DNA from: Chiloscyllium plagiosum
Lineage: Eukaryota
Length of the DNA stretch: 64,000 bases
Assembly (NCBI RefSeq): GCF_004010195.1
Contig: NC_057718.1
Coordinates: forward strand, 105,523,024-105,587,023
Direction of reading: 5' to 3'
Within the stretch, counting starts at the first letter, position 1, and each line of letters begins with the position of its first letter. The translations under genes were made by a program, and so were the position numbers. Below are positions 39,420-50,772 of this stretch, piece after piece. Below the pieces are notes generated by a model that worked only from the letters and a program-made list of their open reading frames with translations, searched no databases and was not told the DNA's origin.

Positions 39420-39890
39420 AATAGAACAAAGAAACTTTACAGCCCAGGAACAGGCCCTTCAGCCCTCCAAGCCTGAGCCAATCCAAATGTACTGTCTAAA
39501 CCTGTCGGTCAATTCCTAAGCATCTGTATCCCTCTGTTCCCCACCTACTCATGCATCTGTCCAGACGCATCTTAAATGACTCTACCGTGCCTGCCTCTAC
39601 CACCTCTGCTGGCAATGTGTTCCAAACACCCACCACCCTCTGTGTGAAGTACTTGCTGCCTGTATCCCCCTTAAACTTTCTACCTCTCACCTTGAAAGCG
39701 TGACCTCTTGTTATTGAATCCTTCACCCTGGGAAAAAGCTTGTCTCTCTCCACCCTGTCTATACCCTTCATGATTTTGTAAACCTCAATCAGGTCCCCCC
39801 TCAATCTCCTTTCTTCTAATGAAAATAAACCTAACCTACTCAACCTTTCTTCATAGCTAGCACCTTCCATACCAGACAACATCCTCGTAA
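39420..39890 (-). mobile_element. CR1 3' end
   Basis: ORF 39496-39882: YEERLSRLGLFSLEERRLRGDLIEVYKIMKG...YFTQRVVGVWNTLP. Confidence 0.93.
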
Positions 39891-40463
39891 ATTACTGATT
39901 GAATCAAGAGGCACTGAAACATATTGAGGTGTCAAGAAATTTGCAACTCTTGGCTGACTCGCTCTTGCATGACAACTGCAGATATTGAGGGATGAAAAGT
40001 CACATATCTATCTAGCTTGGAATAAAACAACATGACACAGACACCAAAATTTGCAAAGGAATGGTACATAAACAACCATCTTGTGCAGTAAGAAACAGTA
40101 AGTAACATGGACTGCTAACAGAAAGGATACAGAAAGCTCTTCTGCCAACCACTGTCTCTTTGCTAATCTCAGAAATCTGGAAAAATCAACTTGGAAAAAC
40201 CATGAACTGTTCACTGATAAATTAAAGTTATTGGAAAAGTTCAGCACTGCTGAAAAGAAGGACAACAGCCAAACTGCTGGGACTCTGAGTTCACTCTCAC
40301 AACACAGATTTAAAAAGAATCTTTAAACAGCAACTGACTTACCTTCCTATTTGAACAGACCAACCCCACCTTTGTAAACCCACTGTCCATGTTTGTGTTA
40401 ATGTGTTTGGTGTTGCATTTTATTAGTTTTCTCAGGTATAATAAGTAATAAAACTCCATCCCC

Positions 40464-40498
40464 TTCCTGAAGAAGGGCTTATGCCCGAAACGTCGATT
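40464..40498 (+). ncRNA. Minimal hammerhead ribozyme motif with intact core, in an 89-nt pLTR insert
   Basis: TTC-CTGAAGA-AGGGC-TTAT-GCCC-GAAA-CG-TC-GATT. Insert 40467-40555 is flanked by CTCCATCCCCTTC at 40454-40466 and 40556-40568. Confidence 0.8.
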
Positions 40499-41035
40499 CT
40501 CCTGTTCCTTGGATGCTGTCTGACCTGCTGCGCTTTTCCAGCAACACATTTTCAGCTCCATCCCCTTCACTCAAGAAAACCTTGGAAGTGGCTCTCCTTC
40601 GTTGTTTACCTGGTTAACTATCACACTGCAATTAAACTTAGCTGTGCGCGCAAAAAAAGAAACAAAAATATCTGTTGCCGTTGACAGAAAGGATTAAAAA
40701 TGAAGGGAGCTGCTGATCCCTTCCCACCCGGTTGTAACAACATTAATTATTGTCCTGAATCCGATCATGTTTGGAATTGAATTTGGTATCTGCTTAGTTC
40801 AAAATGAATTAACATCATTATTGTCTGAACTGTCATGGAAGTTTACAGAGTTAAAATAAAGTGGATCTCAATGAAGGTTGGACATAACTGGGCAATCCTC
40901 AGTTTTGTAATATTATCACAAATATAACTTTTAAAATTCTATATTAAGTCTACAGGATTCATAAGGGGGAGGGAGAACAGCCAGTAATCGTGGTACACAT
41001 CAATTCCAATGACATAACTAAACAAAAGTGAAACA

Positions 41036-41163
41036 GCTACCTGATGAAGGAGCAGCGCTCCGAAAGCTGGTGCTTCCAAATAAACCTGTTGGACTATAAC
41101 CAGGCGTTGAGAGATTTTTAACTTTGTCCAACCCAGTCCAACACTGGCACCTCCATATTATGG
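41036..41163 (+). mobile_element. pLTR family 2 copy with hammerhead motif
   Basis: AC-CTGATGA-AGGAGC-AGC-GCTCC-GAAA-GC-TG-GTG, followed by the family tail shared with 46716-46916. Confidence 0.8.
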
Positions 41164-41197
41164 CTAGGAAAAGGGATGAAGATCCAAAAAGTGAATA

Positions 41198-41861
41198 CAA
41201 GGGAACCTCGATTATCCGAACGAGATGTGCGTGCATTATTTCATTCAGATAATCAATTATTTGGTTAATTGATTGAATGCCTTTCCTCTGGGGCTCTGAG
41301 CTTTTAAAGTCTGCTCCCAATTCAGGAGACTGCAGCAGCACACAGCGCACGAGACCCCACCCCCAACACCACCCCCCATGCCCCAACCTTGTCCAGCACT
41401 GCCCTCACCCCCAACACCGCCCCCATGCCCCAAACCCTGTCCCCGCCCCCTAAACCCTGTCTAGCCCTGCACCCCCAGTTAGGCAACCAGATTGTACACC
41501 AACAAGACTGCTGCTTCTGCCTTTGTGGGGTAAGTCTCCAAACAGCGTGCATGCGCGCGCGCGCACACACACACACAATCTTTTTGACAGGTTCCACATC
41601 TGCCCTGTACAGGACAATGTTGGTCAGATTATCTGGGGAAGGGGGGTTTAGGGTACACCCCAGTAGAACTCCAGTGAAAGTGTGGGGAGAGAGAGAGGGT
41701 GGGCAGTCAGTCATTTGGTGCCTGTTTAATCACTGTAAACAAAAGACGCGTTCACTGTTGGAAATACATCTTTGATGTAATGTTTCTATTGGGATCTCGA
41801 GGTCTCCTTCGGGTAATCCGATTTTTGGATAATTGGCATTAGGATAATCGAGGTTCCCCTG
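41198..41861. mobile_element. Non-autonomous Tc1/mariner (Tigger/pogo-like) MITE
   Basis: TIRs CAAGGGAACCTCGATTATCC / GGATAATCGAGGTTCCCCTG (19/20), TA target duplication on both sides, no transposase. Confidence 0.9.
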
Positions 41862-43361
41862 TATGGGGAGTTAGTTTAGAAGCTAAAAGTCAGGGTGAGC
41901 AGAGTAGTACTCTCAGGATTGCTACCAGCGCCACGGACTAGTGAGGTTAGGAATAGAGAATGAGTGCAGATGAACACACGGGTGCAGAGCTGGTGTAGGC
42001 AGGGGGATTTCAGATATGTGGATCATTGGGATAGCTTCAGGGGAAGGTGAAACCTGTACAAGGAGGTCAGGATGTACCTGAACTGGAGGGGCAACAAAAT
42101 CCTGGGCGCAAGGTTTGCTGGAGCTCTTTGGGAGGGTTTGGCAGGGGGATGGGAACTGGAGCTATGGATCTGAGGATGGGATAGCTGGTGAACAGGCAGA
42201 TATAGTGTGCAAAGAGTCTGAGGAAGGATAGACAGCTGATAGGGTGAACTTGCAGTCAGTGTGATGGGTTGAAGTGTGCCTATTTTAACGCAAGAAGTGA
42301 AGGGATTAAGGGTGATGAACGTAGAGCACGGATCAGTACTTGGAATTATGATGTCATGGCCATTACGGAGACTTGGATATCACAGAGGCAGGAATGATTG
42401 TTGGATGTTCCAGGGTTTAGATGTTTCAAAAGGAGTAGGGGGGAAGAGTTAAAAGAGGTGAGAGAGTGGCATTGCTAATCAGGGATAGTATCATAGCTCA
42501 GAAAGGGAGGTCATCGAGGAGGGTTTGGCTACAGAGTCAGTATGAGTGGGAGTCAGAAATAAGGTCTTTCTGACACTTTAATAGGAGTTTTCTACAGGCC
42601 CCCCCAATAGCAGAGAGACATGGAGGAGCAGATTGGGAGGGAGATTTTGGAAAGGTGCAGAAGTAACAGTGTTGTTGTCATGGGTGACTTTAACTTCCCT
42701 AATATTGATTGGAACCTTCTTAGTTCGAATAGTTTAGATGAAGCAGTTTTTGTCAGATGTGTCCAGGAAGGATTCCTGACTCAATATGCAGATAGGCCAA
42801 CTAGAGGGGAGGCCATATTGGATTTGATGCTTGGCAACGAACCAGGCCAGGTGTCTGATCTCTCAATGACAGAAAGTTTTGGTGATTATGACCACAACTC
42901 CCTGGCCTTTGCTATAGTCTTGGAGACAGATAGCAGCAGACAGTATGGGAAAGTATTTAATTGAGGAAGGGGGAATTACAATGCTATTAGGCAGGAACTG
43001 GGGCACCTAAATTGGGAACAGATATCCTCAGGGAAATGCACGACAGTGATGTGGAGGCTGCTTAGGGAGCACTTGCTGATAGTGCTGAATAGGTTTGTCC
43101 TACTTAGGCAAGGAAGGGTTGGTAGGTTGAAAGAACCTTGGGTAACAAGGGATGTGGAACATCTAGTCAAGAGGAAGAAGAAAGCTTACTTCAGGATGAG
43201 GAGCCAAGGATCAGACAGGGTTCAGAGGATTACAAGGTAGCCAGGAAGGAACTGAAGAATGGACTTGGAAGAGCTGGAAGGGGGCATGAAAAAGGATGAA
43301 GGAAACCCTAAGGCATTTTACACTTACTTGAGGAACAAGAGGATGGCCAGAGTGAAGGTAG

Positions 43362-44446
43362 GGGCTGGGGCTGGAGGGAAGGTAGCTGAGAGTGAGATAG
43401 GCAGATGACGGTGGGGGTGAAGTTGATAGGAGGGTGGGACAGATAGGTAGGAAGGAAGATGGACAGGTAGGACAGATCAAGAGGGTGGTGTCGAGATGGA
43501 AGGTTGGATATAGAATATGGTGGGGGGAGGGGAAATGAGGAAACTGGTGAATTCCACATTGATTCCATACGGTTGGAGAGTCACAGGCTGAAGATGCGAT
43601 GTTCTTCCTCCGGGCATCGGGTGGTAAGGGTTTGGCGATGGAAGAGGCCCAGGACCTGCATGTCTTTGGGGGAGTGGGAGGGGGAGTTAGTGTCCGGCCA
43701 GGTGATGGTGGGGTTGTTTCGTGCATGTGTCCCAGAGGCATTCTCTGAAGCGTTCTGCAAATTGGCGCCCTGTCTCCGCAGTGTAGAGGAGACCATATTG
43801 GGAGCAACAGATACAGTCAATGATGTGTGTGGAAGTGCAGGTAAAACTCTGATGGATGTGGAAGGCTCCTTTGGGGCCTTGGATGGAGGTATGGGGGGAG
43901 GTGTGCGTGCAAGTTTTGCAATTCTTGCAGTGGCAGTGCCGGGAGGGGAGGGTGGGTTGGTGGGGGAAGTGGACCTGACAACAGAGTCACGGAGGGAATG
44001 GTCTTTACGGAATGCAATAGGGGTGGAGAGGGAAATATATCCTTGGTGTTGGGGTCTGTTTGCAGGTGGCGGAAATGTTGGAGGATGATGCAATATATCC
44101 GGAGTTTGATGGGGTGAAAGGTGAAAACCAGGGTGTTCTGACTTGTTGTGGTTGGAGGGGTGGGTTTTGAGGGCAGAAGTGCAGGAAGTGGATAAGACGT
44201 GCTGGGGGGCATCACCAACCATGTGGGAGGAGAAATTGCAGTCTTTGAAGAAGGATGCCATCTGATATGTTCTCTGGTGCAATTGGTCCTTCTGGGAGCA
44301 GCTACATGGTGTACCTGGACTATACCTCCCCCCACCCTGCCTCATGTAAAAATGCTATTCCTTATTCCCAATTTTTCTGCCTCCACTGCATACCTGGACT
44401 ACACTCTTGACTCAGATCTCCAGCATCTGCAGACCTCATTTTCTCC
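43362..44446 (-). mobile_element. Penelope-like element fragment nested in CR1, with a small inverted pLTR tail
   Basis: Homologous to 734-1885 (LVFTFHP...HFRHLQTDPNTKDIFPSPP; HSPKDMQVLGL...EEHRIFSL). A plus-strand pLTR end tctccagcatctgcag lies near 44417-44432. Confidence 0.88.
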
Positions 44447-45936
44447 CAGAGGGGAGGACCGATCAAGGATAATGGCAGGAACTTGTGTCTGGAGTCGAAG
44501 GAGGAAGGGGAGGTTCTTAATAAATACTTTGCTTCCGTTTTCACTACTGAGAGGGACCTTGATGTTTCTCAGGACGGCGTGTTTTAGGCTGATATGCTCA
44601 AACAGGTTGACATTAAGAAGGAGCATGTGCTGAAAATTTTGAAAAACATAAGGATAGATAAGTCCCCTGGGCCAGATGGGATATACCCTAGGTTAATATG
44701 GGAAGCGAGGGAAGAGATTTCTGCACTTTTGGCTATGATCTTTGTGTCATCACTGTCCACTGGAGTGGTGCCAGATGATTGGACAGTGGCAGATGTTATT
44801 CCCTTGTTCAAGAAAGGGAATAGGGATAATCGTGGGAATTATAGACCAGTCAGTCTAACATCCGTGGTGGACAAATTATTGGAGAGGATTTTGAGAGACA
44901 GGATTTATGATTACTCAGAAAACCATAGTTCGATTAGAGATAGTCAGCATGGCTTTGTGAAGGGCAGGTCATGACTCACAAACCTTACTGAATTCTTTGA
45001 GGATGTGACAAAACACGTTGATGAAGGTAGAGCAGTGAATGTGTTGTACATGGTTTTTAGCAAGTGTTTGGTAAGGTTCCCCACGTTAGACTCATTCAGA
45101 AAGTAAAGAGGCATGGGAGATAGGGAAATTTGGCTGTCTGGATACAGAATTGGCTGGCCCATTGAAGACAGAGAGTGTTAGTAGATGGAAAGTATTCAGC
45201 CTGGAGCTTGGTGACCAGTGGTGTTCCACAGGGATCGGTTCTTGGACCTTTGCTCTTTGACTTGGATGAGGAAGTGGTAAGATGGTTAGTATGTTTGCCG
45301 ATAACATGAAGGTTGGTGGAATGGGGGATAGTGTTGAGGGCTGTTGTCGGTTGCAACGGGATATTGGCAGGATGCAGAAGTGGGCTGGTAAGTGGCAGTT
45401 GGAGTTTAACCTGGAAAAGAGTAAAGTCATTCACTTTGGAAGGTCAAATTTGAATGCAGAATGCAGGGTTAAAGGCAGGATACTTGGAAGTGTGGAGAAA
45501 GAGAGGGATCTTGGGGTCCATGTCCATAGATCCCTCAAAGTTGCCACCCAAGTTGATCGGGTTATAAAGAAGGCGCATGGTGTGTTGGCTTTCATTAGCA
45601 GGGGATTGGGTTTAAGAGCTAGAGGTTATGCCGCAGGTCTATACAGTCCTGGTTAGACCCCACTTGGAATAGTGAATTCAGTTCTGGTTGTCTCATTACA
45701 GGAAAGATGTGGAAGCTTTAGAGAAGGTGCAGAGGAAATATACCAGGATGCTGCCTGGATTGGAGGGCATTGCTTATGAAGAAAGGTTGAAGGAGCTAGG
45801 GCTTTTCTCATTGGAGCAAAGAAGGGTGAAAGGTGACTTGAAAGAGGTGTACAAGGTGATGAGAGGCCATATATAAAGAGTCAGAGACTTTTTCCCAGGA
45901 CAGAAACGGCTATCACAACGGGTCATAATTTTAAGG

Positions 45937-46407
45937 TGTGGTGAAACGGTTAAAAATTATGTCCCAATACATGTGTGAATCTAACCGGAATGGAGGTGTT
46001 GCTTAGTCCCGTGTGAATCTTATTACACACCTCCCCGTGTGAATCTTCTTATCTGTATGTAACCAGAATGGAATGTGTTTTTTAGCCTTGCTCTGCTGTT
46101 CACATGAATGTTTATATCTGGAAAAGAGTATATCAGCTGGAAAAGTCTCCAGTTCGGTGAGTCTGCTCCGGGGTTACGTTTAACCGCCGAGCGTGGGTTG
46201 TTGGCAACCGCTCTACGAGAACTGACGGCTCCCAGTTCCGGTAACATGTAGAGTGAGTATAAGCCAGACCCGTTGTAAGTATGAGACCTGGTTGTGGCGA
46301 CGCTGCAGGGAATAAAATGCTCATATTCTAGCAGACTCGCCTCTTGGTCGTTTGTTCTGTGTCAGACTACTCTCCTACGAACCTGACCTTGAGAATTTTT
46401 TAAAACA
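45937..46407 (+). mobile_element. Solo LTR, 471 bp, with 5-bp TSD
   Basis: Begins TGTGG, ends AAACA, TAAGG duplicated at 45932-45936 and 46408-46412, AATAAA at 46311. The CR1 sequence resumes seamlessly after it. Confidence 0.88.
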
Positions 46408-46717
46408 TAAGGTAATTGGAGGTAGGTTTAAGGGAGATGTCAGAGGTAGGTTCTTTACACAGAGAGTGGTGGGTGTGTGGAATGCACTGCCAACGATGTT
46501 AGTAGACTCAGATACATTAGGGACACTTACGCAACTCTAGGATAGGCACATGGAATATAGTAAAATGAAAGGTATATAGGTGAGTTTGATCTTAGAGTAG
46601 GATAAAAGGTCAGCACAACATCAAGTGCCAAAGTACTGTTTGATACATACTTGGAATGAATGAAACCCACCAAGAAAGTGAATGTAATTTATTTCAAATG
46701 TATTTCATAGAGTCATG

Positions 46718-46916
46718 ATTTGGAGGTGCCAGCGTTGGACTGGGGTGTACAAAGTTAAAAATCAAAAACACCAGGTTATATCCAACATGTTTAATTGGAG
46801 GCACTAGCTTTTGGAACGCTGCTCCTTCATCAGGTGGTTTTGACTGTACCTGATGAAGGAGCAACAGTCTGAAAGCTAGTTGGACTATAACCTGGTGTTG
46901 TGTGATTTTTAACCTC
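46718..46916. mobile_element. Inverted (palindromic) pLTR family 2 insertion with two divergent hammerhead motifs
   Basis: Arms are reverse complements. CTGATGA-AGGAGC cores at about 46802-46835 (-) and 46848-46880 (+). AGAGTCATG repeated at 46709-46717 and 46917-46925. Confidence 0.85.
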
Positions 46917-47934
46917 AGAGTCATGTATCATTAGGTAAAGTCATCATAGTCCAGCTGCTCTCTCATTAGAGTCGGCTAGTGGTAGTTTAACCAGTGGGTC
47001 ACCACACCTCAGGCAAGGGGAGAGGTCAAGAAGGTGGACATTCATAGTAACCTCAGCTGGTACAGGATTTGAACCCCCACTGTTGTCATCATTCTGTACA
47101 GTAAATCAACCATCCAGCCAAAGGAGCTAACTGATCCCCAATAAAGCCATGTAAAAGTACTGGCTCTGTGCGAGTGCAGAGACAATGCTATTTGATTTGC
47201 AGCTACTCGAATGTACTCCTTAAGTATAAACGACAACTATTTTGGAAAATACTAAACACCTAACTTTCTCTAGGCACTCATACATTAATTTAGTTTCTGA
47301 TCCGTTGCTAGGTCACGTTTGTAACGTTGACAAGATTTCATTCACATTTTGTCAATTCCAGCTATTGCAGTGCACCATCAAACTGAAAATGAGTTCAGAC
47401 TCCTGGTGATGATAGCATCCTGTCCATGGGAAATATAATTCATATAGCTACTGCACAGCAGCAGTGTGAAATTGCTTCCTTAACCTGTTGGCTAAACTTT
47501 GAGATATTTTCTTTAATGAGATATTATATTCCAGGGTAAGTTGAGACATTTTTCACTTATGAAAGTGGCAACCTTTGGCCCATTTGTGAGTCTGCTCAAT
47601 GTACAGCAAAAATTTTCCACTTACAGGGACTGCAGTCAGTAAGAAAAACATTCCACCCAATACAGTAACATTGTGTTTAAATTTCAGCGTCAATATGATG
47701 CCAGGTAGTATGTACTTTGTTTATCGCACCAATTGGCTAACTGGTTGTTCATAATAGGCAGAGCACAGACCATACTCAACCAGCCCATGATGGCAAAACC
47801 CAGCACAGAATTTAAACTGTGAGATGTGAGCCCATGACTGAGCAGCATTTACTCAACAACTCTAAGTTTGCTAGTAGCAATACTAACAACCGATTTAAGA
47901 TGACCAGTTCAGCTTATAACATCGTTCATTTACA

Positions 47935-49945
47935 CTAAGACCATAAGACATAGGAGCGGGAGTAAGGTCATTTGGCCCACTCCGCTACTCTATCATAGCT
48001 GATGGGCATTTCAACACCACTTACCCGCACTCTTCCCGTAGCCCTTAATTCCTTGCGAGTTCAAAAATTTATCAATCTCTGCCTTAAAGACATTTAACAT
48101 CTCGGCCTCCACTGCGCTCCGTGGCAATGAATTATACAGGCTCACCACTCTCTGGCTGAAGAAATGTCTAATTTCCATTCTAAAAGTTGACCCCCTCTAA
48201 TTCTAAGGCTGTGTCCACGGGTCCTAGTCTCCCCGCCTAACGAAAACAATTTCCCAGCGTCCACCCTTTCCAAGCCATGAATTACCTTGTAAGTTTCTAT
48301 GAGGTCTCCCCTCAACCTTCTAAACTCTAATGAATACAATCCCAGGATCCTCAGTTGCTCATCATACATTAGGCCTACCATTCCAGGGATCATCCGTGTG
48401 AATCTCTACTGGACACACTCCAGTGCCAGTATGTCCTTCCTGAGGTGTGGGACCCAAAACTGGACACAGTATTCTAAATGGGGCCTAACTAGAGCTTTAT
48501 AAAGTCTCAGTAGCACATTGCTGCTTTTATATTCCAACCCTCTTGAGACAAATGACATCATTACATTTGCTTTCTTAACCACAGATTTAACCTGCAAGTC
48601 AACCTTTAGAGAATCCTGGACGAGCACTCCCAGATCCCTTTGTACTTTGGCTTTATGAATTTTCTCACCGTTTAGAAAATAGTCAATGCCTGTATTCTTT
48701 TTTCCAAAGTGCAAGACCTCGCATTTGCTCACGTTAAATTTCATCAGCCATTTCCTGGACCACTCTCCTAAACTGTCTAAATCTGTCTGCATCCTCCCCA
48801 CCACCTCAGTATTACCTGCCTGTCCACCTAACTTCGTATCATCGGCAAACTTCGCCAGAATGCCCCCAGTCCCTTCATCCAGATCATTAATTATATAAAG
48901 TGAATAGCTGCAGCCCCAACACTGAACCCTGCGGGACATCACTTGTCACCGACTGCCATTCCAAAAAAGAACCTTTTATCTCAACTCTCTGCTTTCTGTC
49001 AGACAGCCAATCCTCAATCCATGCCAGCAGCTCACCTCAAACACCACGGGCCCTCACCTTAGTCAGCAGCCTCCCGCGAGGCACCATATCAAAGGCCTTT
49101 TGGAAGTCTAGATAGGTAACATCCACTGGGTTTCCCTGGTCTAACTTACTTGTTACCTCTTCAAAGAATTCTAACAGGTTTGTCAGGCACGACCTCCCCT
49201 TACTAAATCCATGCTGACTTGTTCTAGTTCGACCCTGCACTTCCAAGAATTTAGAAATCTCATCCTTAATGATGGATTCTAGAATTTTACCTACAATCGA
49301 GATTAGGCTAATTGGCCTATAATTTTCCATCTTTTGTCTTGATTGCAGCAGCGATTTTTCAATCATCTGGGACTTTCCCTGACTCCAGTGATTTTTGAAA
49401 GATCAAAACCAACGCCTCCGCTATTTCCTCAGCCACCTCTCTCAGAACTCTAGAACGTAGCCCTTCGGGGCCAGAAGATTTATCAATTTTTAGACCTTTT
49501 AGCTTTTCTAGCACTTTCTCTTTTGTAATGTCTACCATACTCAACTCTGCCCCCGACTCTCCTTAATTGTTGGGATATTACTCATGTCTTCCACTGTGAA
49601 GACTGACACAAAGTACTTATTAAGTTCTTCAGCTATTTCCTTATCTCCCAGCATAGCCTTTCTACATCAAATTGGAGCGCCTGCTTCCTTGTGGGCTCCA
49701 TCACAAGATGTTCCAAAAAGCCATCCTATAAGCATTCCATGAATTTCCTTTCTTTGGATCCACCGGCAATATTATTCACCCGATCTATTTGCATACTGAA
49801 GTCCCCCATGATCACCGTGACCTTGCCTTTCTGACATGCCCTATTTATTTCCTGGTACATCTTGCGCCCCAGGTCCTGGTCACTGTTGGGAGGTCTGTAC
49901 ATAACTCCCATTATAGTTTTTTTTTGCCTTTGGGGTTCCTCAACT
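47935..49945 (-). mobile_element. CR1 LINE ORF2, fragmented
   Basis: NYRPISLISIVGKILESIIKD, YLDFQKAFDMVP, INDLDEGTGGILAKFADDTK, LYKALVRPHLEYCVQFW, and endonuclease YRPPN...MGDF. Confidence 0.95.
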
Positions 49946-50310
49946 CTATTTGCTAGAAGTGACATACGGTCATGCATAGCGGCCAGTTTTCTGGAAACTA
50001 AAAGAATATGTTCACCCTTTTTTCTGAATTATCGTGGTACATGTGATCCTACAGTTCCCTGTTGTTTTCTCATGGCAACATCTCAGCCAGAGTCTGGGCG
50101 TGAATATTTTGTGACACTACATGAGCTCAAGTCAAACTGTGACAAATTATCAGTATGCCTGACAAAGGGACCAGAAGAGACATACTTATCATCTCAGTTC
50201 TCAATAAAGATTAGTTTTCCAGTTTAATCATCTTTCTACACTTATCCAAACTTCCCTGTAACATACAAACTTCTTCAGAGACAGAAAAAATCTGCAGATG
50301 CTGGAATCTA

Positions 50311-50448
50311 CCCATAAGCAAATATACATGCATTGTAGCCTTCAAAGACATCTTTAAGGACATCAGTCCCAAGGTCCTTGAAAACCCTTTCCTGGGATGC
50401 AAATTTAGGACTCCTACAATCAGCAGAACAGTAAGAATAGTCAAAGGT
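50311..50448 (-). pseudogene. Kinesin-3 motor-domain fragment (KIF16B-like), probable processed mRNA fragment embedded in a Penelope pLTR
   Basis: 46 open codons: TFDYSYCSADCRSPKFASQERVFKDLGTDVLKDVFEGYNACIFAYG, then TAG where the Q of the kinesin P-loop motif (GYN.CIFAYGQTGSGKS) is expected. pLTR sequence on both sides. Confidence 0.88.
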
Positions 50449-50484
50449 AGGAAGCTGGAGGAACAGAGCATGTCAGGCAGCATC

Positions 50485-50686
50485 ATAGAGTCATAGAGAT
50501 GTACAACATGGAAACAGACCCTTTCGGTCCAACCCGTCCATGCCGACCAGGTATCCTAACCCAATTTAGTCCCATCTGCAAGCATCTGGCCCATATCTCT
50601 CCAAACCCTTCCTATTCATATATCCATCCAAATGCCTCTTAAATGTTGCAATTTTACCAGCCTCTGCCACTTCCTCTGGCAGCGCA
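50485..50686 (-). mobile_element. CR1 3' end fragment
   Basis: NALPEEVAEAGKIATFKRHLDGYMNRKG; catagagtcatagag tail on the plus strand. Confidence 0.9.
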
Positions 50687-50772
50687 TTGTTTTGGAACTT
50701 CGGGAAAAAAAGTCGAAACAACAGCAGTTTTAAAAGGGAGAAGAACAGACAAAGGAAGCACATGGTGAGGTC

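Larger units (their letters stand above)
41165..46640 (+). mobile_element. Long decayed CR1 LINE (ORF1 end, APE endonuclease, RT, 3' UTR) hosting three nested insertions
   Basis: ORF1 esterase-like remnant at about 41865-42140. Endonuclease VMGDFNFPNIDW...PTRGEAILDL...DHN. RT KSPGPDGIYPR...NYRPVSLTS...SQHGF, FADNMK. C-terminal FFTQRVVGVWNALP. Confidence 0.93.

Noticed and set aside
45970..46050. Short repeats with spacers resembling a CRISPR array
   Set aside because: Only 10-bp units, irregular spacing, inside a eukaryotic LTR, no cas genes.
50211..50486. Kinesin match as a true exon of a kinesin gene nested in EHBP1
   Set aside because: No other kinesin exons seen in the window, a stop replaces the pre-P-loop Gln, and both flanks are pLTR sequence. 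The listed 91-aa ORF is the wrong frame.
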